A stretch of DNA of 64,000 bases from Candidatus Poribacteria bacterium (GTDB lineage Bacteria; Poribacteria; WGA-4E; GCA-2687025): contig OY762492.1 in the NCBI GenBank assembly GCA_963665845.2, positions 3,488,001-3,552,000 of the forward strand. The letters are read 5' to 3'. How positions within the stretch are numbered: position 1 is the stretch's first letter; every line of letters starts with the position of its first letter. Both the position numbers and the translations under genes were made by a program. The notes beneath the pieces are model-generated. The model did not search any database. It was not told where the DNA came from and saw only the letters and a program-made list of their open reading frames with translations. Positions 21,812 through 32,133 of this stretch are shown here, one piece after another.

Positions 21812-24352
21812 TTAGTATGCCAGCTCCCAGCCGACATAGTAAAGCGCGCCGTTGAAACCAAACGGGGCGGATCGGCGCGAATACGCAAAAACGCCCGGCG
21901 AATCGACAATGATATTGCCGTTCGCGTCCAGGATCGTTCCGCCCCGCGCCTGACCGATCTTGTTCGCGTCCGGCGTCGCATTGAACAGGTTGTTCGCCCC
22001 GAATTTCAGCCGCGCCGTCTCGCTGATGTTGAAAGCGATCTGCGCGTCCGTAACGATCTTGGGCGAATAGGTCTGGCTCCGTCCGCCGTCAATGACCGTG
22101 TATGCGCCGTAGCGGTGCGCGGCAAGGTCGATGTCCAGCCCTTCGCCTCGATACCGCGCCGACCATGAGAACCGATCTTTCGGCTGCCACGTTTCAATGA
22201 TGGAGCGGTCCTGCTCCGAAAAAAGCGATTCAGGCAGATCGGCGGGCAGATTCACATCCGTAATCTCCGTCTCCGTCACATTGCCCGCGACGCTCAAAGT
22301 CAGAATGCCGCTCTCGCCGACCGGCTGCATGTAGGTTGCCACCACATCCATGCCGTTCGTTTCGGTGTCCGCGGCGTTCATGAAGAACTGCGCCCCGGCG
22401 ACGCCTGCGGACGAAAGCGCGGTTCGCACAGCGTCGGGAAGCGAGTCGTCGCCCGCTTGCGCGCGTCCGCTGATGATGATGCGGTCTTCAATGGCGATGC
22501 GGTACACATCCGCCGTCACGGTGAATTGCGAATGCGGACGCATAATGACGCCCCCGCCGATATTGACAGCGGTCTCTTCGCTCAGCTCCGGCACTCCGAC
22601 CGCCTTCGCGATCTCGCTGTCGTTGCGGAAGGTGCCAATCTCCTGCGGAATGTTTTCGCCCGTCACAGGGTCAATGTTGAACTGCGTGCTGACATTGTTG
22701 AAATACAGCTGCTGCATGGACGGCGCCCGAAAGCCGGTGCTGATGGAGGATCGGAACGCCAGCTCCTCGGTCAGTTCCAGCCGCGCGGCGATCTTGCCGT
22801 TGGCGGTCGCGCCGAAGTCGCTGTAATTTTCAACGCGGACGGCGGGGCTAATCAGAAACGACTCGCTCAAATTCAGCTCAAGGTCGGCGTATCCGGAGAT
22901 TGCCGTGCGGTCTTCGTCCACAACGTTCGTCGGCTGAAAACCAGGGAAGACCTGAATGCCGCCGGAGGCTCCGCCTGGGCCGTCGTAGTCTTTATAGGAC
23001 AGCTCCTCGCCCTCTCGAATTTCATAGCTGTCAAGGCGGAATTCGGCGCCCCAAGCCAGATGCCCCGCGTCCATGAACGGGTACGCGAAATCAAGATTGG
23101 CGGTCGTCAACCCAAGCTGCAGTCCGCCCGCGTCCGCCGACGTTTCGTCAGGGTCAGGACCGTTCGCGGCGACGCGCGAGGCGTTGTGCGAATTGCTGAT
23201 GGTGAAGTCGAACGTGTTCAGCCCGCCCGAAAGGCTTGCGTCGATTCGCATGCCGTTCTCCAGCTCTTTTTCCGCCCCAAGCGCGACCGAATAATCAAAG
23301 ACGTCCGTATTGATGAGCGGAAGAAAGCCGTCCGGATAGAGCGAGCCTTCAGGGTTTCTATCCAGCTGATTGGCGCGGCGGTAGAATCCCGCGCTTTCGT
23401 TGTTTCGGGACGAGATGTCAAAGGAACCGTACAGGTTGTATCCGCCCGCCGGCAGCGATCCGTTCAAGACCAGCGCATACTGCGTGGAGGCGGCGTCGCC
23501 CAGTCGGAAGTTGAGTCGGTCAAATTTCGCCTCTTTGCTTCCGGGGTCCGATTCGATCATTGGCGGATCGCTGCCTTCCACAAGCGTTGTGCTTGGAAAT
23601 TGAACGTTGCCGGTGAGGCCGGCGCGGTTGGTCGCTTCTCTGTCGCGGAATTCTGCCGCGATATGCAGCGCGCCTTCTTTTCCGAGCCGCAGGCTGTGGT
23701 AGGCGTTCAGGAGCGTTGTCGCGCCGTCGCCTTCATGGGTGATCCCGTAAGAGGTGGAAAAACCGCCGCCGAACTCGTCTTTCAGGATGATGTTCATAAC
23801 GCCGGCGATGGCGTCGGTGCCGTACTGGGCGGAGGCGCCGTCGCGCAAAATCTCGATGCGCTGGATGGCGGCGGCGGGTATCGCGTTCATGTCGACGCCG
23901 GCGGTTCCGCGTCCGACGGAGGTGTTGACATGGATGAGCGCGCTGCCGTGGCGCCGTTTTCCGTTCACCAGAACCAGCGCCTGGTCAGGTCCGAGGCCGC
24001 GCAGCGTCGCCGGACGGAGCGCGTCGGTGCCGTCGGAGATGGAGGAGCTGGAGAAGTTGAAAGAGGGCGCGAGCGTTTGCAGGATGCGCCCCAGTTCAGT
24101 ATGCCCCGTTTGCCGCATCTGCGTTTCGGTGATCACATCCACAGGGGCGGGCGAGTCGAGTCGGCTGCGTTCAGGAGCGCGCGTCCCGACCGTGACGACA
24201 GGGTCTAACTCCGCGTCGGTTTCGGTTGACGATTCCGTTTCTTCGGTAGTTTCCTCTTCTTCATGCTGGTCGGCTTGTAGAGCCGCGCCAAAGAGCATCG
24301 ACGCAAAAGCCGCTGTCCAAAAGACATATATCCATCGTTCAGTTCGCTTCAT
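21812..24352 (-). CDS. TonB-dependent outer-membrane receptor
   Basis: TonB box VVTVGTR, plug LRGLG..LVLVNGKR..IEILRDGASAQYGTDAIAGVMNIILK, GFRAPS, NLFN, terminal Tyr. Confidence 0.95.
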   Translation of the reverse strand: MKRTERWIYVFWTAAFASMLFGAALQADQHEEEETTEETESSTETDAELDPVVTVGTRAPERSRLDSPAPVDVITETQMRQTGHTELGRILQTLAPSFNFSSSSISDGTDALRPATLRGLGPDQALVLVNGKRRHGSALIHVNTSVGRGTAGVDMNAIPAAAIQRIEILRDGASAQYGTDAIAGVMNIILKDEFGGGFSTSYGITHEGDGATTLLNAYHSLRLGKEGALHIAAEFRDREATNRAGLTGNVQFPSTTLVEGSDPPMIESDPGSKEAKFDRLNFRLGDAASTQYALVLNGSLPAGGYNLYGSFDISSRNNESAGFYRRANQLDRNPEGSLYPDGFLPLINTDVFDYSVALGAEKELENGMRIDASLSGGLNTFDFTISNSHNASRVAANGPDPDETSADAGGLQLGLTTANLDFAYPFMDAGHLAWGAEFRLDSYEIREGEELSYKDYDGPGGASGGIQVFPGFQPTNVVDEDRTAISGYADLELNLSESFLISPAVRVENYSDFGATANGKIAARLELTEELAFRSSISTGFRAPSMQQLYFNNVSTQFNIDPVTGENIPQEIGTFRNDSEIAKAVGVPELSEETAVNIGGGVIMRPHSQFTVTADVYRIAIEDRIIISGRAQAGDDSLPDAVRTALSSAGVAGAQFFMNAADTETNGMDVVATYMQPVGESGILTLSVAGNVTETEITDVNLPADLPESLFSEQDRSIIETWQPKDRFSWSARYRGEGLDIDLAAHRYGAYTVIDGGRSQTYSPKIVTDAQIAFNISETARLKFGANNLFNATPDANKIGQARGGTILDANGNIIVDSPGVFAYSRRSAPFGFNGALYYVGWELAY

Positions 24353-24452
24353 GAGACATCCTCTCCGCTTTCCGTAGACCGTCCAAAATGAACCGATTTT
24401 CGCATGAGAGTATAACGGCAATCGGGCTGCGCGTCTATATTGGCGTTTCTGA

Positions 24453-24607
24453 GGCAGTACCTACAGGCGATGATATGCATTTTTGCGCGACTGCCTGCGG
24501 ATCCAGGCCGTCATTCCCGCGCAAGCGGGAATCCAGAGTTTTTCCATAGAGCCTTCGCATTCCAAAACGGCGCTCTAAAATCGAAATCATCGCCTATAGA
24601 GACTGCC
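24453..24607 (+). mobile_element. 155-bp IS1-derived MITE carrying a REP-A
   Basis: IRs GGCAGTACCTACAGGCGATGAT / ATCATCGCCTATAGAGACTGCC; 8-bp TSD GTTTCTGA (24445, 24608). Confidence 0.88.
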
Positions 24608-24782
24608 GTTTCTGAGGCAGTACGCTCATGCGATGGACTTCATTTTGACCTTAAAGCGTTGGCGCCGCTTGTCGTCATTCCCGCCCTTGCGATAAAACGT
24701 GCGGGAATCTAGAGGCGTTTCAGAAGACGTCCGCATTCGCCAGGCGGAATGTCCCAACTAAAGATGTGATGTCGGAAGCTTG

Positions 24783-24950
24783 CTGACCTTATGCTTAAAG
24801 TTGGGACATTTGAACCGACGATCGCTCTATTCATGGGAAAAAGGCGCCGCCAACCAGACCGTCATTCCCGCGTAAGCGGGAATCTAGAGGCGCCGCAGAA
24901 GACGTCCGCGTTCGCATGCCGACATGTCCCAACTTAAGACGTAAGGTCAG
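24783..24950 (+). mobile_element. Family C MITE (CTGACCT...AAGTTGGGACAT TIRs, central REP-A)
   Basis: TIRs of about 27 bp; flanking duplication AAGCTTG. Confidence 0.88.
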
Positions 24951-24960
24951 AAGCTTGCAG

Positions 24961-24989
24961 TTGACAGCCGGCGCATGATCAGGCATACT
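24961..24989 (+). promoter_or_regulatory. Sigma70 promoter of the rpsT-recR operon
   Basis: TTGACA-17-CATACT. Confidence 0.65.
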
Positions 24990-25018
24990 TTAAACAACTT
25001 TGACCTAGGAATAAGCGA

Positions 25019-25342
25019 ATGTCTCGACGAACAGCGGAGAAGAAATACACCAGCACTGAAGAGCGCGTCGCCTATAAAAACCGCGTCAAGCGGAGCATCA
25101 TCGCAAATGCGGAGAGGAAGCGGCTGCGAAACCGTCGCGTCATGTCGTCGCTGCGGACCGCTCTCAAAAAGGCGCGGTTCAACATCGCCGCCCAGAGCGA
25201 AGACGCCCAAGAAAGCGTCCTGCGCGCCGTCAGCCTTCTCGACAAAGCGGCGAAAAAAGGCGTCATCAAAAAGCGAACGGCGAACCGCAACAAGTCGCGG
25301 TTGATGAAACGGCATCATCTCGAAACGATCCGCGCCGAGTGA
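25019..25342 (+). CDS. rpsT: 30S ribosomal protein S20 (N-terminally extended)
   Basis: RLRN....S.LRTALKK, LDKAAKKGVIKKRTANRNKSRL. Confidence 0.92.
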   Translation: MSRRTAEKKYTSTEERVAYKNRVKRSIIANAERKRLRNRRVMSSLRTALKKARFNIAAQSEDAQESVLRAVSLLDKAAKKGVIKKRTANRNKSRLMKRHHLETIRAE

Positions 25343-25394
25343 GCGTTTAGACGCGCCTTGGTTTCGATTCCCCCTTGAAAACAGGAGCGTTCGG

Positions 25395-26003
25395 TTGCGG
25401 TACTACCCTGAGAATCTCGCGCGTTTGTTGACGGAGCTGCGCAAGCTCCCTGGCGTGGGCGAGAAGACTGCGCAGCGTCTTGCGTTTCATATGCTGCGCG
25501 AGCCGGCGGAAGATATTCGCCGCCTCGGCAATTTGATTGCAGAGTTGCATGATCATCTGACGCGGTGCGATGTGTGCGGCAGTTTCACCGACAAGGCGCA
25601 GAACCCGTGCAGAATCTGCGAAAGCCCCAACCGCGACCGCAGCGCGATCTGCGTTGTGGAGAAGCCGGACGACATCGCCGTCTTTGAGCGCATGGGCAGC
25701 TACCGCGGGCTTTACCATGTGCTGGGCGGCGTCCTGTCCGCGTTGAACCATGTCCGCCCCGACGATCTGCGCATACCGGAGCTGCTGTCGCGCGTGAAGA
25801 AGGAGCAGACGGCGGAGGTGATCTTGGCGCTGAATCCGAGCGTGGAGGGCAACGCGACCGTCACCTACCTGTCGCGCCAGCTGGAGCCGCTGCCCGCGCG
25901 CGTGACGCAGATCGCATACGGCATTCCGATCGGAAGCGAGATCGAGTATGTGGACGAGGTGACGTTGAACCGCGCCTTGGAGAGCCGAAGCGATGTGCCT
26001 TAA
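25395..26003 (+). CDS. recR: Recombination mediator RecR
   Basis: LPGVGEKTAQRL, C4 zinc finger, ICVVE, YHVLGG, EVILALNPSVEG. Confidence 0.97.
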   Translation: MRYYPENLARLLTELRKLPGVGEKTAQRLAFHMLREPAEDIRRLGNLIAELHDHLTRCDVCGSFTDKAQNPCRICESPNRDRSAICVVEKPDDIAVFERMGSYRGLYHVLGGVLSALNHVRPDDLRIPELLSRVKKEQTAEVILALNPSVEGNATVTYLSRQLEPLPARVTQIAYGIPIGSEIEYVDEVTLNRALESRSDVP

Positions 26004-26883
26004 GAAGAGTCTCTCGGCAATTCTCGCGCTTTTTTTATGGGCGGGATTTCACACGCGCGCGCAGCAAATCCCGCAGATAGACGCCGACCGCGCGATGGCG
26101 TACTTGACGGCGCAAACGGACCTCGGACCCCGCAACCCAGGCTCGGACGGACACAAGGCGGGGCGCGACTATCTCGCCGCCGAGCTGAAAAAATGGGCGG
26201 ACGAGGTACATCTTCAGCCGTTCACCCACAAAAAGATTGAGATGTGGAACATCGCTGCAACTTTCGGCGAGGGGGAGAATCCTGTCCTGCTGTGCGCCCA
26301 CTGGGACACGCGCCCGTTCGCCGAGCATGACCCGAAGAAAGAGAATCGCAAAACGCCTATTTTAGGGGCGAACGACGGCGCTTCCGGCGTCGCGGTACTT
26401 CTTGAGATGGCGCGTCAATTTCATGCGGCGCCGCTTCCGTATCCTGTCGTCATCGTGTTGTTTGACGGGGAAGATTACGGTCCGACGACCGATGAGATGT
26501 TTCTCGGCTCCACCTACTACGCCGCGAATCCGATTCCGTCCAAGCCCCGCTTTGCGATTCTGCTCGACATGGTTGGGGACGCCGATTTGTCGATACCGGT
26601 AGAGCCGTTTTCGTATCGGGCGGCGCCGGAGCTGGTGAAAGGCGTATGGAAAACGGCGCATGAAATCGGCGCGGACGCCTTCGTCGAACGAATGGGTCCG
26701 GCGATACTGGACGACCATATTCCGCTCATCAAGGCGGGCATTCCCGCCATCGACATCATCGATTTCTCATACCCGCACTGGCACACCATCGCGGACACTC
26801 CCGACAAATGCTCCGCTCAAAGTTTGAAAACGGTAGGGGATGTTGTGCTGCGGTATCTGTTCACGCGCGTGTCGCCTCCATGA
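25993..26883 (+). CDS. M28 peptidase / glutaminyl cyclase-like, secreted
   Basis: AHWDTR, GANDGASG, FDGEDYG, LLDM, DDH.P, WHT..D. Confidence 0.92.
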   Translation: MCLKKSLSAILALFLWAGFHTRAQQIPQIDADRAMAYLTAQTDLGPRNPGSDGHKAGRDYLAAELKKWADEVHLQPFTHKKIEMWNIAATFGEGENPVLLCAHWDTRPFAEHDPKKENRKTPILGANDGASGVAVLLEMARQFHAAPLPYPVVIVLFDGEDYGPTTDEMFLGSTYYAANPIPSKPRFAILLDMVGDADLSIPVEPFSYRAAPELVKGVWKTAHEIGADAFVERMGPAILDDHIPLIKAGIPAIDIIDFSYPHWHTIADTPDKCSAQSLKTVGDVVLRYLFTRVSPP

Positions 26884-27524
26884 CGGCGGCGGAGGCAATT
26901 CGAGAGGCGTTCTCGGAGGCGTCTCTTCCGCTTTCGGATCGTCAAGCGCGCGCGTTTACGGCGCATGCGGAGCTGATGCTGCGCTGGAATCGGACGCATA
27001 ATTTGACGCGGATCGCGACGCCTGCCCAGATTGCGCGGCGCCATTTTTTGGACTCGGCGGCTGTTCTTGACCATGTTGATGCGCCGTCTGGAGCGTTGAC
27101 TGCGGACATCGGATCGGGGGCGGGGTTTCCAGGGCTTGCGGTGGCGGCGTACCGCCCGGATCTGCGCGTTCGTCTTTTTGAGTCGTCCTCCAAAAAAGCC
27201 TCCTTTTTAATGGCGGCGCTGCCGGCGGTCGGCGCCGGCAACGTTCAGGTTGAGCATACCCGCTTGACGGTCGGCGCGTCCATAGCGAACAGCGGCGCGT
27301 ATGATCTTATTCTGTCCCGTTATACAGGCTCGCTGGAATGGCTGGGTCGATTGAGCGGGCAAATGTTGAAATCGGGCGGATGGCTTGCGGCGCATAAGTT
27401 TGACGACGCGGACGAACGGGAGGCGCTGGCGCGTTTCCCGGACGAGTTTGGCGCGCGGCATGTAGAATGGCGCTCTGACGCCCGTTTGGACGCGCGGCGC
27501 CGTTTTGCGCTGGCGCAGTTTTGA
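26880..27524 (+). CDS. rsmG: 16S rRNA m7G527 methyltransferase
   Basis: WN..HNLT, HFLDS, DIGSGAGFPG, ES..KK..FL. Confidence 0.93.
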   Translation: MTAAEAIREAFSEASLPLSDRQARAFTAHAELMLRWNRTHNLTRIATPAQIARRHFLDSAAVLDHVDAPSGALTADIGSGAGFPGLAVAAYRPDLRVRLFESSSKKASFLMAALPAVGAGNVQVEHTRLTVGASIANSGAYDLILSRYTGSLEWLGRLSGQMLKSGGWLAAHKFDDADEREALARFPDEFGARHVEWRSDARLDARRRFALAQF

Positions 27525-27576
27525 GCGCGCGGGCGTTTGGCGCTAAACTGAAGACCATTCGGCGCTGGACAAAACG

Positions 27577-30141
27577 ATGGAAAATCGCAAATCAACGCTG
27601 CGGCGCATACAGTACCGCTGGTTTGGAAGCTTGAGCGGTCAATTGCTGCTCATGTTTGTGGCGGCGTCGGCGATACCGGCTCTGGCGGTGGTGTTTTTGC
27701 CGAGGATCGGATTGTATGCGCAGAGCCGCGCGTCGCTTCAAAGGGCGATCGGATCCGAACTGCATAAAACATCGGTGGAAGCGCGCGAGAGCGCAACCCT
27801 GCTTGTTACAGAAGAGCTGAAATGGGCGGAGCAGCAGGCTGACCGCGCCATCGGCAAACATGTGCGGGAAATCGCCAAGCAGAACATGGACACGATGCTC
27901 ATCATCGGCGCATGGGGAAGCGGCGAATCTCCTCTTGGCAGCGGGGCGGATATTATTGTCAGCAATATCGTCAGGGAACGTTCGCGCGTCGTCGGTTACA
28001 CGATCGCCGACCATCGCGGACTGACCCTCGCATCCAACGAAAAGAGCCGTCCCGCCACCGTTTTAAACGAAACATGGTGGAAGGAGACGGTTCAAAACAA
28101 CAGACCGCATATCGGCAAGACAGGTTTTCATAACAAACACGATTCGGTTGTCGCGCGGCTTGCCGTGCCGATACGCGAGAACTCCAACCGCAGCAGCAAG
28201 CCGGTAGGCGCGATGCGTTTAACGCTCTCCTTTCCAGAGCTGGCCGATCTCAGCGGCGCCGGCGCCCAGGAGGATCCGCGCCGCATTGAAATTTTAGGGC
28301 GCGATCCGCATGACCCTGACAACCGCTATGTGTATCTGGTCAGCTCATCGGAGCCTGGATGGGACCGCCTTGAAAACGAGGACACGGTCTGGGTGGAGCT
28401 GGAGCCGAGGCGAAGCGGGCGCGCCGCCGGCAACAACGGCGCCGTGAAAAGCCTGATGATCAGCGCGCGCGTCTCTCTCGGCAAATTTGCGCATCCCGAC
28501 CTGGGCGAGGAAGAGTATGCGGTGGAGGGTTTGACAGCGTCTGAATTTGCGGACATGGCGTTTGAAAGGCTGTCCGATTCTCCAAATCCGCCGTTGGGGG
28601 TCATGGTTTCCGTTCGAAAAATGGGACTGACCTTTTCAAAATCGGCGGAAGACGCGACGGACGCCGCCAGCAGATCCGACGCCCCCGTCTACCGCATCGA
28701 ACCGGACAGCAAAAATGTGGAGCGGGTCTGGGCATACGACAAGTTTATCGGACCGATACCGCTCTGGTCGGCGCTCGTCTCGGAGCCGACGACGGTCGCC
28801 TTCATCTCTGAACAAATGCTCTGGAAGCGCATCCTGTGGACGATCGGCTTGGCGGCGGTCGTTTTCGGCATCGTCTCGTTTCTCTTTGTGCGCCGAATTG
28901 TGCGCCCGATACGTCAGATCACCGACGCGGCGCACACCATCCGCCTCGGAAATTACCAGCAGGCGATACCGATCACAAGCCATAACGAGATCGGAATACT
29001 GGGCGAAGAATTCAACGCCATGACGCAGACGCTGCAGGACGCCCTGGCGCGAATCCGCCAAGAAGAGCGGAAGTTGAACTCGGTCTTGAACGGCATCGCC
29101 GAAGGGATCGTCCATTTAGACCTGGAGCGGCGCATTGTGCTGCTGAACCCGGCGGCGGAGGCGCTGCTGAATTTGCCGTCGGACGCGGTCGGCAAGACGG
29201 TCGACGAGGCGCTGGACCCGCAGCTGCTGGAGCGGCTCTTTCCGCCCGACAGAATGCGCCCATTGAGCCATCGAGTGAACGCCTACGAGGTGGAGATCGA
29301 ACGGAATAAACAAAAAATCGCGCTCAAAGTGGTGCGCGGGCCGGTCTACTACACGGACGGGGCGCCGACGGGCGCGGTGTATGTGCTGGACGACATCACC
29401 CGCGAAAAAGAGATTGACCAGATGAAATCGGAGTTTGTCGCGCTGGTCTCGCATGAGCTGCGCACCCCGCTGACCTCCATTTACGGCTACACGCGGCTCA
29501 TTTTAGACGGAAAAACAGGCGTCATACCAGAGGTGATGCGCGACAAACTGGAGCGGGTGGAACGGCAGGCGGTCAGGCTGTCCGGTTTGATCAGCGACCT
29601 GCTAGACCTTTCGCGCATCGAATCGGGGCGCATTGAGCTGAAGTTGGAGCCGCTGGACCTTGCGGAGGTCGGAAAGACGCGCATGGATGAAATCAGTCCC
29701 CAAGCCGCCGAGAAACGCATCCGTCTTTCGTTTGAAGCGGAACCTGGACTTCCGCTTGCGACAGGCGACGCGGACCGCATCGGGCAGGCGGTAACGAACC
29801 TGCTCGGCAACGCGGTCAAGTTCACCCCGGACGATGGAACGGTTGAAACGCGCGTCGGGCGGGAGGGCGGCTATCTTTGGTTGAGCGTCAAAGACACTGG
29901 CCCCGGCATCGCGCAAAGCGACCAGGAGATGATTTTCGACAAGTTCCGTCAATCGTCCAATCATCAAACGCGCAAGCAGGGCGGAACAGGTTTAGGACTC
30001 GCCATCGCGCGCAGCATTATTCAGGCGCACGGGGGCGAAATATGGGTCGAAAGCGCCCTCGGCAAAGGAAGCGAATTCGCCTTTCGAATACCGATAGACG
30101 AAGCGGGCGAGACGGTACAGTTCACCGAAAACTCGATCTAG
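27577..30141 (+). CDS. Membrane sensor histidine kinase (Cache-like, HAMP, PAS, HisKA, HATPase)
   Basis: Two TM helices, NEIG.L..FN.M, SHELRTPL, NLLGNAVKF, DTGPGI, GTGLGL. Confidence 0.95.
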   Translation: MENRKSTLRRIQYRWFGSLSGQLLLMFVAASAIPALAVVFLPRIGLYAQSRASLQRAIGSELHKTSVEARESATLLVTEELKWAEQQADRAIGKHVREIAKQNMDTMLIIGAWGSGESPLGSGADIIVSNIVRERSRVVGYTIADHRGLTLASNEKSRPATVLNETWWKETVQNNRPHIGKTGFHNKHDSVVARLAVPIRENSNRSSKPVGAMRLTLSFPELADLSGAGAQEDPRRIEILGRDPHDPDNRYVYLVSSSEPGWDRLENEDTVWVELEPRRSGRAAGNNGAVKSLMISARVSLGKFAHPDLGEEEYAVEGLTASEFADMAFERLSDSPNPPLGVMVSVRKMGLTFSKSAEDATDAASRSDAPVYRIEPDSKNVERVWAYDKFIGPIPLWSALVSEPTTVAFISEQMLWKRILWTIGLAAVVFGIVSFLFVRRIVRPIRQITDAAHTIRLGNYQQAIPITSHNEIGILGEEFNAMTQTLQDALARIRQEERKLNSVLNGIAEGIVHLDLERRIVLLNPAAEALLNLPSDAVGKTVDEALDPQLLERLFPPDRMRPLSHRVNAYEVEIERNKQKIALKVVRGPVYYTDGAPTGAVYVLDDITREKEIDQMKSEFVALVSHELRTPLTSIYGYTRLILDGKTGVIPEVMRDKLERVERQAVRLSGLISDLLDLSRIESGRIELKLEPLDLAEVGKTRMDEISPQAAEKRIRLSFEAEPGLPLATGDADRIGQAVTNLLGNAVKFTPDDGTVETRVGREGGYLWLSVKDTGPGIAQSDQEMIFDKFRQSSNHQTRKQGGTGLGLAIARSIIQAHGGEIWVESALGKGSEFAFRIPIDEAGETVQFTENSI

Positions 30142-30154
30142 GGAGGAAAGCCGC

Positions 30155-32086
30155 ATGCGTAAAAGGGCGCGGCGCATGGCGGCTTGGACGCTCGCGCTGA
30201 GCATTCTAGCGCTGACCGGCTGCGGACCGGAAGAGCCGACGACCATGCCCCTCGGCGCATGGAAAATCGCGCGGCAAGGAAAATGGCGCGGCACGTTTTA
30301 CGATCTGGAGTTTGCGAATGCCCAGACCGGATGGGCGGTCGGAAGTACGGAAGGGGCGCAGAAAGCTCTCATCGCGCATACCTCCAACGGCGGAGCGGAA
30401 TGGACGCCTCAACATGCGGATGTACAAGGACCGATGCGCCGCGCCGCCTTTCAAAACGAAAAGGTCGGATGGATCGTCGGGGACGGCGGAATCGTTGTCG
30501 GAACGGGCGACGGCGGAACGACATGGACGCGCCTTAACCTGAACAGCTCCAGCGCCTTTTACGACATCTTTGCAGGACATGGCGCCGTTTGGATCGTCGG
30601 GGACCACGGCGCCGCGTTCCGCTCCCGGAACGAAGGACTCGATTGGGAACCTGCGGGGAAGGGGCTGGAGCAAGCGTCGCTGCGGGCGGTTCATTTTATC
30701 GACGCGCAAACGGGATGGGCGGCAGGATGGAGCGGGCGCATTTTCCGCACCGACGACGGCGGAGACGCATGGATCCCGCAGCAGACGCCCGATTCCATCG
30801 GCGGCGCCGAATTGACGCGCATCCGTTTTTTTGACGCGCAAAGAGGCTTTGCGGTCGGCGACCAGCGGACGATCCTAGCGACGGAGGACGGAGGCGAAAC
30901 ATGGCGCCATATCACCGACGGCTCCAACGAGCGGCATTTTCAAATCTACGGACAAAAACGCCGCCTCGGCGACGAGCCGCTTCACAGTTACATGCTGTAC
31001 GACCTGCACATCGAGCCGCCGAACAGGTTATGGGTCGCGGGCGATCTGGGCGCGGCGCTGAAGTCGGAGAACGGAGGCAAAGTTTGGACTCACATGCTGG
31101 GCGGCCGCACCGGAAAGCGGGGGGCGCATCCCGTTTTTCTCGCCGTTGAATTTGCCGACGCAAACGCAGGATGGGTCGCGGGCGAAGGCGGCGGGATCTA
31201 CGCCACCAACGACGGCGGAAAGACATGGACGGCGCAATCGACAACGGCGGGGCTGCTCTACGGCGTCTGCTTCGCCAGCCCGAAGGTCGGCTGGGCGGTC
31301 GGCGACCGAGGCGACGCCCTGTTCACCTCCGACGGCGGACTCAACTGGACGGCGCAGGACAGCTCCACCGACGAATGTTTCAGCTCAACGCATTTTATAG
31401 ATGAACGGCGCGGCTGGGCGGCGGCGGAGTTCGGCGTCATCGTCCATACCGACGACGGCGGCGAAACATGGACGAAACAGGAGACGCCCGGCAATATCGA
31501 CCTGTTGGACATCTACTTCGCGGACAAGCGAAACGGATGGGCGGTCGGCGTCGCAGGGAAGATTTACCGAACGGCGAACGGAGGCGCCGACTGGACAGAA
31601 TCGGAGGCGCCTGTCAAGCGGGAGCTGTTTGCCGTCCATTTTGTGAACCCAAAGATCGGATGGGCGGCGGGGAAGGAGGGCGCCGTCGTACGCTCAAGCG
31701 ACGGCGGCGTTACATGGACGCGCCAAGCGGAGCAGATCGGATCCGATGTGTGGCTGATGAGCGTCTACTTTCATGATAAACAAAACGGCTGGACATGTTC
31801 AGCCGAAGGGCGCATTTTTATGACGCAGGACGGCGGGCAGACATGGACAGAGCAGGAGACGGGCGTTGACGCAGTTCTTTACGACATCGCCTTTTTAGAC
31901 AAACGAAACGGATGGGCGGTCGGCGGCGGCGGGCTGATCCTGCAGACGACAGACGGCGGAACCCGTTGGCGCAAACGGCCAAGCGGAGTCGATGTGGACT
32001 TAACAGGCATCGATTTCGCCGACTGGCGCAACGGCTGGATCGTCGGGCAATGGGGAACGATCCTGCGGTATGCCGCGCACGAATAA
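30155..32086 (+). CDS. YCF48/BNR-repeat beta-propeller lipoprotein
   Basis: Lipobox LTGC; about 14 repeats of F.D...GW.VG..G....T.DGG.TW. Confidence 0.92.
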   Translation: MRKRARRMAAWTLALSILALTGCGPEEPTTMPLGAWKIARQGKWRGTFYDLEFANAQTGWAVGSTEGAQKALIAHTSNGGAEWTPQHADVQGPMRRAAFQNEKVGWIVGDGGIVVGTGDGGTTWTRLNLNSSSAFYDIFAGHGAVWIVGDHGAAFRSRNEGLDWEPAGKGLEQASLRAVHFIDAQTGWAAGWSGRIFRTDDGGDAWIPQQTPDSIGGAELTRIRFFDAQRGFAVGDQRTILATEDGGETWRHITDGSNERHFQIYGQKRRLGDEPLHSYMLYDLHIEPPNRLWVAGDLGAALKSENGGKVWTHMLGGRTGKRGAHPVFLAVEFADANAGWVAGEGGGIYATNDGGKTWTAQSTTAGLLYGVCFASPKVGWAVGDRGDALFTSDGGLNWTAQDSSTDECFSSTHFIDERRGWAAAEFGVIVHTDDGGETWTKQETPGNIDLLDIYFADKRNGWAVGVAGKIYRTANGGADWTESEAPVKRELFAVHFVNPKIGWAAGKEGAVVRSSDGGVTWTRQAEQIGSDVWLMSVYFHDKQNGWTCSAEGRIFMTQDGGQTWTEQETGVDAVLYDIAFLDKRNGWAVGGGGLILQTTDGGTRWRKRPSGVDVDLTGIDFADWRNGWIVGQWGTILRYAAHE

Positions 32087-32133
32087 CGGACATTCCGACG
32101 CCGATCCTGCCCGTCAGGACATCGTCCCACGCC

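Noticed and set aside
22457-24208. 583-aa plus-strand ORF
   Set aside because: Antisense shadow of the TonB receptor. The same applies to 2357-3589, 16011-16970, 20990-22168, 33365-34417, 38785-39786 and 60771-62006.
24353-24452. Cobalamin riboswitch ahead of the TonB receptor/PduO operon
   Set aside because: The leader is short and I could see no B12-box; the upstream DNA is MITE sequence.
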